Translations under genes and position numbers: made by a program
Assembly: GCA_016208875.1 (NCBI GenBank)
Contig: JACQXD010000141.1
Span: 1-42,660, forward strand
Source of the DNA: Nitrospirota bacterium
GTDB taxonomy: Bacteria; Nitrospirota; Thermodesulfovibrionia; Thermodesulfovibrionales; UBA1546
Reading direction: 5' to 3'
Length of the DNA stretch: 42,660 nt
Notes under the pieces: generated by a model
What the model was told of the DNA's origin: nothing
Database searches by the model: none
The model's input: the letters and a program-made list of their open reading frames with translations, nothing else
Part shown: positions 35,131-42,660 of the stretch, piece after piece
Numbering within the stretch: the stretch's first letter is position 1
Layout of the letters: every line of letters starts with the position of its first letter

Positions 35131-36177
35131 TCATCTTGAAATCAGCATTGGTTGTAAGGCTATAACTAACTCCGTCTTGCTTTCCTGTTTGTCCCGGCTC
35201 TTGAATAAACCGCCCACAATAGGCAAATCTCCCAAGACCGGCACTTTATTGTCCTCGATGCTTTCCTTTTTCGATATCAGCCCGCCGATTATAACCATCT
35301 GACCGTCTCTGGCCTTCACCGTAGTGCTCAGTTCCTTTAAATCTACGGTGGGGAGAGATATCTGGGTCTGGTTGTCGGATTGTCCGACAGTTCTTTCGTC
35401 AAGATTTATCAGATCGGAAATTATAGGCGTTATTGTCAGGGATATTTCACCGTCTTCATTTATATACGGAACGATCCCGATAATTATCCCCGATAGAATA
35501 GTGCTCGTGCCTACCGTGAATGTGGTTATTGGAGTTGTACCGGTAGATGTTGACGTTTGCACCTGCGAGATGAAGGTCGTGTTTCTTCCGACGCTCAGCA
35601 TCGCGGTCTGACCATTCATTATATTTATTCTCGGGTTTGACAATGTCCTGACTTCACCCTGTTCCTGCAGGGCATTAAGGAGCGTACTGAAATTCGAGCC
35701 TGTAATTCCTATGCTGAAGGCCGGCAGTGTCTGGCTGACTACATCGGAAAAACGCTGTGACTGGATTTCGATCGAGCCTACGCCCGCCCAGTTTTCGAGA
35801 AAGCTCCAATCAATACCGTACTTCAATCCTTCTTTTAGTTGTACTTCAGCTATCCTTGCCTCTATCAGTACCTGCCTGTTAATTACCTTTTTAACAGTGT
35901 TAAGGTATTGTTCCGTTATTTCCATATTCCTTTTTGATGCGGTTACCGCTATCGTCCCGGTCAATCTGTTGATTGTAAAGCTCTGTTGAACCGAAGATTG
36001 AGGCGCCCCGGCAGTGGCTGTAGTTATCCCCAGTATGTTTGAGAGGGTTTTTTCTATTGCGTCCCAAAAATTAAATGCAGAAGAATCGCTTTTCGATGTC
36101 TGCGCGATACTGCCTTTTATGCTTGTGGTTGGTGTTGTCCCGGTGGTTCCGGTCGTTGTCCCGGATATTGTCCCCAT
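35131..36177 (-). CDS. Secretin (MshL/PilQ-like), lacking signal peptide and N0 region; possibly a 5'-truncated pseudogene
   Basis: The secretin core is RQVLIEARIAEVQL...GIDW...LSNPRINIMNGQTAMLSVG...VPVLGDLPIVGGLF. The first ATG gives the Thr/Gly-rich, non-hydrophobic MGTISGTTTGTTGTTPTTS. Confidence 0.7.
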   Translation of the reverse strand: MGTISGTTTGTTGTTPTTSIKGSIAQTSKSDSSAFNFWDAIEKTLSNILGITTATAGAPQSSVQQSFTINRLTGTIAVTASKRNMEITEQYLNTVKKVINRQVLIEARIAEVQLKEGLKYGIDWSFLENWAGVGSIEIQSQRFSDVVSQTLPAFSIGITGSNFSTLLNALQEQGEVRTLSNPRINIMNGQTAMLSVGRNTTFISQVQTSTSTGTTPITTFTVGTSTILSGIIIGIVPYINEDGEISLTITPIISDLINLDERTVGQSDNQTQISLPTVDLKELSTTVKARDGQMVIIGGLISKKESIEDNKVPVLGDLPIVGGLFKSRDKQESKTELVIALQPMLISR

Positions 36178-36211
36178 TCCGGTTACGCCTCCAAGTATGT
36201 CGCCGCCGACG

Positions 36212-36694
36212 TCAACGTTGTAATTCTGTACAACGTATACCTATCCATTCCTCTCCCTCTTTTTCCTTTATCAACACCCTATTTTTCTCTATTTTTTTAA
36301 CCATGCCGTGGTCAATCTTATCTCCTTCTCTCACTACTATATCATTTATTATCGCCATTTTCCTGTTGTCACTTATAAGAATAAGAAGGACTTTTTTTTC
36401 CTTTTTCGTCTCCTGAGGGAATATCTCCGAAAGCGGGATCAGGGGGAAGTCCTTTTGCACGCGGGCAGACAATTCCATAGGACTTTCCGAGTGAGTTACG
36501 GTAACCGGTTGTTTTCGGATAACAGCAATCTTTTTATATGAAAACCTTGAAAGCTCCTGCTCCATAGACGAGAGTGAAGGCTTAAATTCGATATAAAAAA
36601 AGACGAGCGTTGAAAAGATTATTGCAATAAAGGGCAGCAGCATAAATATCGTCTGCTTCCTGTTAAACAGCATCTTAAGTTTAAAATCCTCCAT
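36212..36694 (-). CDS. PilP/MshK-like pilus assembly protein
   Basis: N-terminal TM helix. The C-terminal MAIINDIVVREGDKIDHGMVKKIEKNRVLIKEKEGEEW is a PilP/GspC-like beta domain. It sits between the PilO-like gene and the secretin. Confidence 0.55.
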   Translation of the reverse strand: MEDFKLKMLFNRKQTIFMLLPFIAIIFSTLVFFYIEFKPSLSSMEQELSRFSYKKIAVIRKQPVTVTHSESPMELSARVQKDFPLIPLSEIFPQETKKEKKVLLILISDNRKMAIINDIVVREGDKIDHGMVKKIEKNRVLIKEKEGEEWIGIRCTELQR

Positions 36695-36703
36695 TATTAT
36701 AAT

Positions 36704-37228
36704 TCACTTTTTCCTGCCTTTCAGTGCCCTGATATCTCCTCTGATCTCGTATGAAACAGTCTTGTCCTGAGATTGCGATAATAATATATTGCTAATATCG
36801 AAAACAGGAAATCTTTGCGACTGAAGATAGCCTACCGCATTAACGAAATCCGTATAGTTTTCCAATGTCGCCTTTATGACAACGGGCAGATTAACCTCAT
36901 CCCCTTTATATTGAAAGGCGGTAACCGTAATTTCAGCCTTCTTCATTTTTGATTTCAATTCATCGAGACCGGTCAATAGCTGTGTCTCCGGAGTCTCTAA
37001 GATTATGTCGGGGGATATAACCTTGTTCACGCCTGCTATTGCAATGTCCATATCTGCAATTGCACCCCGCATGACGAAGAGATTTTGTCTGCCTTTCTCT
37101 AACTCCTTCAATATATCAGAGAGGAATCTTTCATATCTTGTCGAAATAATAACCCCGGATATCATCGTTAAAAAAAACAATCCCGACAAAACATAATAAC
37201 AAAATAATCGCCTTAATCTATTCTCCAT
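36704..37228 (-). CDS. PilO/MshJ-like pilus assembly protein
   Basis: 174 aa with an N-terminal TM helix, a coiled segment and an alpha/beta C-terminal domain. Its position between the PilN-like and PilP-like genes supports the call. Confidence 0.5.
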   Translation of the reverse strand: MENRLRRLFCYYVLSGLFFLTMISGVIISTRYERFLSDILKELEKGRQNLFVMRGAIADMDIAIAGVNKVISPDIILETPETQLLTGLDELKSKMKKAEITVTAFQYKGDEVNLPVVIKATLENYTDFVNAVGYLQSQRFPVFDISNILLSQSQDKTVSYEIRGDIRALKGRKK

Positions 37229-37241
37229 ATCCTCGACTCCC

Positions 37242-37901
37242 TCATAATATCCGATTGTCTCTGTACCTTGCCTCGATCTGAAAACTTTTATCCTTCAAGT
37301 CTACCCTATCCGATAATAATTCTATCCCTTTATTCTTTTTAATTGTATTCAGGAGGGTCTGATAGTTATTTTGCATGTCGGTAAACCCCTCCGAGATAAT
37401 AATCCCCTTAATGTTAAGAGATAATGATTCGCCTTTTTCATTATTGATCTGAATGGAGTGAATGTTTACATTTTTTATGCGGAGTTGTTCCATAATAATC
37501 AATGCCCTTTGAAAATCCGGGGCGGAACCCGTAGTGTTTATGATATTTATCAGGGGAAACAAGTCCTGAAATTCTTTGTATCTGATACTGTAATTGTCGT
37601 AAACAGGTTTCATAACCTTTATCTCCGAGCGTAACGATCCGATCCTTTCCTTTAATGATAAGGTCTCCGATATTTTCATCCATGTGTAGCCAAACCCTAC
37701 GGAAGAAAGGATCAGGAAAATCGCTGTGCAATATTCGATCACTTTTTTCCGTATGTAAAAGTCCCTGTAATCCTGAGGGAGGATATTACCTTCTTCCGTA
37801 TTCTTGACGGGAAAGATCGCAGATAGCGGGGTGATAAATTCTATGATGGTCTCCATCGAGGCCATGATATTCGACGGATGCATGATACATAGTAAAGGCA
37901 C
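37242..37901 (-). CDS. PilN-like pilus assembly protein (start uncertain: 37901 GTG, 37883 or 37865 ATG)
   Basis: GNILPQDYRDFYIRKKV followed by the TM helix YCTAIFLILSSVGFGY matches the PilN INLLP-x-R...TM pattern. Confidence 0.55.
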   Translation of the reverse strand: MPLLCIMHPSNIMASMETIIEFITPLSAIFPVKNTEEGNILPQDYRDFYIRKKVIEYCTAIFLILSSVGFGYTWMKISETLSLKERIGSLRSEIKVMKPVYDNYSIRYKEFQDLFPLINIINTTGSAPDFQRALIIMEQLRIKNVNIHSIQINNEKGESLSLNIKGIIISEGFTDMQNNYQTLLNTIKKNKGIELLSDRVDLKDKSFQIEARYRDNRIL

Positions 37902-38349
37902 CGGGATACAGGTGCTTGATCTTCTTATTATATTTATCGAACCTGTTAATTACGCTGGTTAAATCCTCATTGTTGACTGCAAAGACGAATATCTCATTAG
38001 ACATCCTGCCTTCATGAAATCTCTCTCCGAGGATTGTATAAAAAAAGGAGGGCTTTTTAAGTTCGGGGAATCTCTTTTTTATTTCGGATGCAACAATGTT
38101 TTTAAGGTACCGCTCCTTGACCGGAGGGATGAGCAGGATGTCCTCATAAAACGATTTGAAATGATAGACAACGGTAAATTGCTTAGTATTTTCCGTTTTC
38201 AGGAAGTCGTCAAATTCTTCATCCCGAAGGGTAAAGGTTTTTTCGACCAATAAATTTCCGTGAACCGATAATGCATATACTATTTTAATTACCCCATTTT
38301 CGAAGCTGACGGCTACCTGCCTTGCCAAATATACCCTCCACGAAAACAA
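37786..38349 (-). CDS. PilM-like (N-terminal half only) pilus assembly protein, TTG start
   Basis: VAVSFENGVIKIVYA is like the PilM N-terminus. Only 187 aa. The His-rich tail HGLDGDHHRIYHPAICDL overlaps the PilN-like ORF by 116 nt and looks out of frame. Confidence 0.45.
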   Translation of the reverse strand: MFSWRVYLARQVAVSFENGVIKIVYALSVHGNLLVEKTFTLRDEEFDDFLKTENTKQFTVVYHFKSFYEDILLIPPVKERYLKNIVASEIKKRFPELKKPSFFYTILGERFHEGRMSNEIFVFAVNNEDLTSVINRFDKYNKKIKHLYPGAFTMYHASVEYHGLDGDHHRIYHPAICDLSRQEYGRR

Positions 38350-38511
38350 GAAGTTCGATTGCTTGTATTATATCACTTCGTCAGTATCTCTTTTATCTCG
38401 TTCTTTGCATCCAAGATTACCGACAAACCATAATACAATTAAACCGACAACGGAAATTTTTAATATTTTGGATATTCTATAAGTCAACCTCTATCCCCAC
38501 ATTCTCTCTCA

Positions 38512-38742
38512 TCAAAGTTTTTTCAAGAGATCAAAATATTCTTCTCTGCTTATATTCGCACTTCTTAGATTGTTTTTGATTACAAATACCGGCACTTCCG
38601 GCCAATTTGGGATAACAACGGGTCTGGTTATACCGGGTTTCGTATAAATAAAATGGTCACCTTCCGTTCTAACGCATTTGAAACCGGCTTTTTCGAATAC
38701 CTTGCGAAACTTGCCCGAAGGAATAGCCGCTATTTTAGGCAT
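38512..38742 (-). CDS. hicA: HicA/YcfA-family toxin
   Basis: KFRKVFEKAGFKCVRTEGDHFIYTKPG...VIPNWPEVPVFVIKNNLRSANISREEYFDLL. Confidence 0.75.
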   Translation of the reverse strand: MPKIAAIPSGKFRKVFEKAGFKCVRTEGDHFIYTKPGITRPVVIPNWPEVPVFVIKNNLRSANISREEYFDLLKKL

Positions 38743-38745
38743 AAG

Positions 38746-39009
38746 TTATATGGTTGATAGTTCGGTAGCAACCAGTTTGGGAGGCGTCCATTTTCCGCTG
38801 GCATCTTTCGCATAGTTTGCCTCTTCAAGGATATCTTTTAATGTCCCCATCTTTTCTGCTTCTTCCAGAAAGAGCCGTACAGCCGCCTTAAGCATTTCTT
38901 TTGCATGATCAATGCTGCTGCCACAGCTTGAAACATCAAGCTCAGGACAGTAAGCAACATATGTATTATTTTCCCTAAAAACAATAATATCGAAATCTAT
39001 CCGTATCAT
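38746..39009 (-). CDS. hicB: HicB-like antitoxin
   Basis: FRENNTYVAYCPELDVSSCGSSIDHAKEMLKAAVRLFLEE is a UPF0150/HicB pattern. It lies 3 nt upstream of the hicA-like gene. Confidence 0.75.
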   Translation of the reverse strand: MIRIDFDIIVFRENNTYVAYCPELDVSSCGSSIDHAKEMLKAAVRLFLEEAEKMGTLKDILEEANYAKDASGKWTPPKLVATELSTI

Positions 39010-39227
39010 TATGCCTCCCGTCGATCTGTATAGATTTGTTGCCTCTATTATATCAGAGATTTAATCGAACAGTTCGAATTCCAAATATCTCATAAGCAAC
39101 GCGAGAGAAAGAGAATTCTTAGCTTCTTTTACACCTACATCGGCGACGTCGTATTCCCAATAATATGCGGTTCTGAAAAGGTGTGGAGAATCAGTTAAAG
39201 CTTTTGAAGTGTGCCTATACTTCTAAT

Positions 39228-40865
39228 CTATGCCCGTATCTTCTTATCCAGAAATGCAGTTGCCTCGAGGAGAAGGTGCATGGTATCGGTGGTCACATTT
39301 ACATCGTCCGTCACCTGACCATGCATAATACGAAACCTTCCGGTCTCCCACCCGATGAGTTTAAAGAATGCGTCGGGTCCTCTGAGATTTCCGACGGATA
39401 CATGCGTAATCTTTCCGTGCAGGATATAAAGCATACCGCCTTCCTCTCCCTTTGTTACCTCGATCCTTGCAGTCTTTAATCCAAGACTAAGTATCTGGAT
39501 TATATCGGCCAAACTGAATTCCTCAAGACTACCTGTCAGCCCTTTGGCTTCTTTCTCTTCTTGAGGCACCGGCGCCGGGACCTCAAAGAGGCGTTCCCTG
39601 ATCTTTAAAGTCAACTCACCTATATCTATGGGCTTTGAGATATAGTCAACATTCCCTTCCATATCTCTGGGGTAATCTTTGTCGGGTGTAATGAGCATGA
39701 GCCGCCGGTTGTGGGCTGCCGCTACCTGTTGTGCAATACTTATCACCTTTGCGAATACCTCCGGCTGCAATGCCTCCACATCGGCTATGATAAGGTCAGG
39801 CCGTTTCTGCCTGATATATACTGTAGCATCAATACTGCTTGTAGTATGAAAGACATTCATCTCATCTGCGCTTGTACTTAACTTTATCAATGCCGCAATA
39901 TTATTCTCGCGTTCAAGGATCAGGATGTTTTTTTTCGGTTTCACCTCAGCCGGTTCCTCCTTTACAACGGAGAGAAAGACTTCCACTACCTCAGGGTCAA
40001 ACTGGATACCGGTATTCTTCTTGATCTCCTGAATAGCCATATCTCCGGACAATGCCTTTCTATACGGCCTATCCGTTACCATGGCATAATAAGCGTCGGC
40101 TACTGCAAGGATGCGGGCTCCTATGCATATCCCCCTGCCTTTAAGGCCGGCAGGATAACCGCTTCCGTCATAATGCTCATGATGATGGCTTATTATCGAG
40201 TCGAGGTTCCACGGGAATCTGACCTGCCTCAAGAGCTGCACAGTATGGATCGGATGTTCTTTAATGGGGGTCAACTCGCTCTGGGCCAATTTTTTGCTCC
40301 CTTCAAGTATCTGATTCTGAATCCCGACCCTTCCCATATCCCTGAGCAGTGCTGCCATCTGAATCGCCTCTACAAGACCTTGTTCAAGCCCCATCTTCAC
40401 TGCTATCTTTCGGGAAAGCTCGGCTACCAAATGATCATTATTGAAAAAATACCTGTCATTAACCTCGAATATCTGAAGAAGGCGGTCTGCGAGGGAATAG
40501 GAAAACTGTTTAAGAGAGGCAAGTTCTCTGCTCAAAAGCCCCTCTGTTTTTATATAGCTCCTGATTACATTCAGGAATTCACGGGAGTTAACCTGGAGGT
40601 CTTCATCCCTTTCAGAAAAAGAAGGGATAAGCACGGTATTGACGCCGGGTCTTATCTTTTCGACCAGAGCCTTGAATTCGGCGCCTTCCATGCCTTCGAT
40701 ATCCCTGTTCGCCAGTATTAATCCGATATCCTCTTTCTGGAGAATTTTCAATGCCTCAAGTGCGTACTGGGTCTCAAAGACAGGGCAGTCATCAACCCTC
40801 AACAGTTTGCTCAGAGACAACCTCTCCTTTTCGTCCCTTATAAAGACAATAACACCCTTTGCCAT
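39228..40865 (-). CDS. Multidomain regulator: pseudo-receiver, HD-GYP-like domain with degenerate HD, second atypical receiver, DUF4388/PATAN-like domain
   Basis: LILANRDIEGMEG has Asn in place of the acceptor Asp. AALLRDMGRV replaces LHDIGK. HHHEHYDGSGYPAGL is an intact GYP motif. DLIIADVEA...YISKPI marks the second receiver. SLEEFSLADIIQILSLG...GKITHV is DUF4388-like. Confidence 0.75.
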   Translation of the reverse strand: MAKGVIVFIRDEKERLSLSKLLRVDDCPVFETQYALEALKILQKEDIGLILANRDIEGMEGAEFKALVEKIRPGVNTVLIPSFSERDEDLQVNSREFLNVIRSYIKTEGLLSRELASLKQFSYSLADRLLQIFEVNDRYFFNNDHLVAELSRKIAVKMGLEQGLVEAIQMAALLRDMGRVGIQNQILEGSKKLAQSELTPIKEHPIHTVQLLRQVRFPWNLDSIISHHHEHYDGSGYPAGLKGRGICIGARILAVADAYYAMVTDRPYRKALSGDMAIQEIKKNTGIQFDPEVVEVFLSVVKEEPAEVKPKKNILILERENNIAALIKLSTSADEMNVFHTTSSIDATVYIRQKRPDLIIADVEALQPEVFAKVISIAQQVAAAHNRRLMLITPDKDYPRDMEGNVDYISKPIDIGELTLKIRERLFEVPAPVPQEEKEAKGLTGSLEEFSLADIIQILSLGLKTARIEVTKGEEGGMLYILHGKITHVSVGNLRGPDAFFKLIGWETGRFRIMHGQVTDDVNVTTDTMHLLLEATAFLDKKIRA

Positions 40866-40895
40866 AATTTTAATTTATCACAGCTACGGTAGATG

Positions 40896-41768
40896 TCAAG
40901 AATAGGCCAGCAGTGTGAATATGAATACGGTCATGCTTATGTAACCGTTCATATTAAAAAATGCCATATCGAGTTTACTGAGGTCATCGGGTTTTACAAG
41001 TGAATGCTCATATATAAAAAGTCCCGCAACGATAAACATACCGACCCAATACAAAACTCCGGGGTCAAAAATAACTCCGGTGAACACCAGAAGTCCCCAT
41101 GCAAAAAAATGGAACATATTCGATAAAACCAATGTCTTTCTAATACCGAACCTCCCCGGTATCGAATAAAGGCCAATTGACTTATCGAACTCCATGTCCT
41201 GCAATGCATAAAGAACGTCAAATCCTGCGAGCCAGAATATTACTGCAAATGCCATCGGGAGTATCTCTATGTCAAATGTGCCTCTTACCGCAATCCATGC
41301 ACCGAGAGGGGCTGCCGAGAGTGCAAGTCCGAGCACAAAATGGGAGAGCCACGTAAACCTCTTGGTGTATGAATAGAAAAATAAGACGGCAATTGCAATG
41401 GGAGAAAGCTTAAGGCATAAGGGATTCAACATATATGCAGCAAATACGAGTCCAGCCAATGATACAATCGTAAACACCACAGCATCAGAAACCCTTACCT
41501 TACCTGACGGGATTTCTCTTAATACTGTGCGTGGATTTTGTGCGTCTATCTTACGATCAATAATCCTGTTAAGCGTCATAGCAGCCGACCGAGCACCTAC
41601 CATTGCAACGATAATCCAGAATATCTGTCCAAAAGCAGGAATCCCGGATGCAGCAATGATTGCAGCGGTCAAAGCAAAAGGGAGGGCAAAGACGGAATGG
41701 GAAAATTTAATCATCTTCAAGTAAAGAGTTATTTTATGGAATAAGTTACTATTTCTCATCTTCTGCAA
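40896..41768 (-). CDS. UbiA-family aromatic prenyltransferase (4-hydroxybenzoate polyprenyltransferase-like)
   Basis: It has the Asp-rich motif NRIIDRKIDAQNPRT, a second motif YALQDMEFD, and about 8 predicted TM segments. Confidence 0.8.
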   Translation of the reverse strand: MQKMRNSNLFHKITLYLKMIKFSHSVFALPFALTAAIIAASGIPAFGQIFWIIVAMVGARSAAMTLNRIIDRKIDAQNPRTVLREIPSGKVRVSDAVVFTIVSLAGLVFAAYMLNPLCLKLSPIAIAVLFFYSYTKRFTWLSHFVLGLALSAAPLGAWIAVRGTFDIEILPMAFAVIFWLAGFDVLYALQDMEFDKSIGLYSIPGRFGIRKTLVLSNMFHFFAWGLLVFTGVIFDPGVLYWVGMFIVAGLFIYEHSLVKPDDLSKLDMAFFNMNGYISMTVFIFTLLAYS

Positions 41769-41781
41769 TATCTCATAACAG

Positions 41782-41960
41782 CTATTTATCGAGCGGACTT
41801 CTTGCGCCGAAGACGTTCTTTGTTGCCACAGGAGTATAGATCATGGTTGTTTGAAGATTCTGGTGCCCGAGAAGTTCCTGAATAGTTCTGATGTCATATC
41901 CGTTTTCGATTAAGTGCGTTGCAAAACTATTCCTAAGTGCAATTAGAATCGGTGTCGAGC
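41782..41960 (-). pseudogene. C-terminal stub of a tyrosine recombinase (IntI/XerD-like)
   Basis: [52 protein letters not shown] covers the LRHSFATHL, LLGH and IYTHV regions with substitutions (H to N, H to P). There is no N-terminal part, and it abuts the stop of the DUF2442 gene. Confidence 0.7.
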
Positions 41961-41966
41961 AATTTG

Positions 41967-42209
41967 TTAGCCTTTTATTTTTTCGTATAATGTCTCAGGT
42001 GCAATATCGGCACCATTCGGCCAGGTTATAGTGCCTCCGTCTATAGTTCCTTTTTTAAAAATCTCCAAATCTTTCAAGGGTTCAAATATAGGTCCTTTTT
42101 CAAAATAATCAGAAAAGTCTAAATCTCCCTCTAAGCCATCGTCAAATACAACATGGTAAACATAGTCTCTTTTATACTCAATATTGGTTACTTCATTCAT
42201 GTTCCACAT
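41967..42209 (-). CDS. DUF2442 domain protein
   Basis: [20 protein letters not shown]...[25 protein letters not shown] lies upstream. Confidence 0.75.
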   Translation of the reverse strand: MWNMNEVTNIEYKRDYVYHVVFDDGLEGDLDFSDYFEKGPIFEPLKDLEIFKKGTIDGGTITWPNGADIAPETLYEKIKG

Positions 42210-42220
42210 ATTTTACCTCC

Positions 42221-42481
42221 TTAGTCAAGCGGTTCTATTTTTTTGATTTCTCTTCCTGCCCTTGCCAATTCCCAATCCTCTTTAATGGCCTCCAATCGAA
42301 GATCAATCCATTCCCTGACAAGTTTTGTCGCTGTCTTTGAGCCCAAATCCCCTTTGGTTATATTGCCGTTAAAATCAAAGATTGCTTTTTTGCCTTAAAA
42401 TTCAGCATGAAGATGAGGCGGATTATGTTCATCGTAATAAAGTTTGATAATAATTCCGAAAAAAATTGAAACTATCGGCAT
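42221..42481 (-). pseudogene. DUF4160 gene with an in-frame TAA at codon 29
   Basis: MPIVSIFFGIIIKLYYDEHNPPHLHAEF-stop(42397-42395)-GKKAIFDFNGNITKGDL...EPLD. This is the usual partner of DUF2442 and falls below the ORF-track length cutoff. Confidence 0.65.
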
Positions 42482-42521
42482 TTGACACCCCTACGTTTTT
42501 ATTATTTATTTTCATTCAATT

Positions 42522-42548
42522 ATTATATCGCATGCGACATAATAATCA
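42522..42548 (-). promoter_or_regulatory. Candidate promoter of the DUF4160/DUF2442 pair with a palindromic operator in the spacer
   Basis: On the - strand: TTGATT (42548-42543), 15-nt spacer containing the perfect 10-bp palindrome TCGCATGCGA, TATAAT (42527-42522). Confidence 0.45.
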
Positions 42549-42596
42549 AATGAAAATTAATTACCCTATTTTCAATGAGCTAAGCATTTGATTTTT

Positions 42597-42625
42597 CTTG
42601 ACAAAACCAATGGTTTTCCCTAAAA
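42597..42625 (+). promoter_or_regulatory. Sigma70-type promoter reading out of the window
   Basis: TTGACA (42597-42602), 17-nt spacer, TAAAAT (42620-42625). A second copy of CGCATGCGACATA follows at 42639-42651. Confidence 0.6.
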
Positions 42626-42660
42626 TCATCACAAAAAGACGCATGCGACATAAAAAAGAA

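Noticed and set aside
42395-42397. Stop-codon recoding (readthrough) in the DUF4160 gene.
   Set aside because: There is a single TAA with no recoding signal that I can identify. The neighbouring recombinase is also decayed, so pseudogenisation or a sequencing error is the simpler explanation.
1-42660. tRNA, rRNA, tmRNA, riboswitch or prophage content.
   Set aside because: I found no cloverleaf-like or rRNA-like segments and no phage structural or replication genes on reading both strands. The only strongly structured non-coding block is the intron remnant.

Overview
42.7-kb window from an AT-rich, apparently anaerobic bacterium; the lineage cannot be assigned from sequence alone. The core is a + strand Wood-Ljungdahl carbonyl-branch operon, acsE-acsD-acsC-acsB-acsA/cooS (5.9-13.9 kb). 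It is followed by NuoE-like, NuoF-like and NuoF-C-terminal/ferredoxin genes (14.0-17.4 kb). A 5.6-kb AT-rich block then intervenes (retropepsin-like protease, VapBC, a ~1200-aa BNR/beta-propeller exported protein) before a NuoG-like gene (23.1-25.1 kb). The left 5.9 kb is accessory: a complete IS4-family IS, a Cys-rich secreted protein, a HEAT-repeat protein, an ORF-less group II intron remnant and a small TA-like pair. The right 17 kb, mostly - strand, starts with an orphan ABC ATPase. It also holds a rearranged, apparently eroding MSHA/type-IV-pilus-like cluster: PilM/N/O/P-like genes, a 5'-truncated secretin, an MshE-like ATPase, an ExeA/MshM-like ATPase, a TPR protein and a 47-aa GspF stub. 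Several TA modules and a decayed TIR-TPR gene are interleaved with that cluster. A degenerate HD-GYP response regulator, a UbiA prenyltransferase and a tyrosine-recombinase stub complete the right end. The most unusual feature is that six cistron junctions of the acs/nuoEF operon each carry an inverted pair of tandem repeat arrays, five of them heptad arrays (RCGTRAY)n-loop-(RTYACGY)n, ending 3-7 nt before the next GGAGG. I do not recognise these as a described element. Two further families of palindromic intergenic elements are also present. No rRNA, tRNA or CRISPR array was found.
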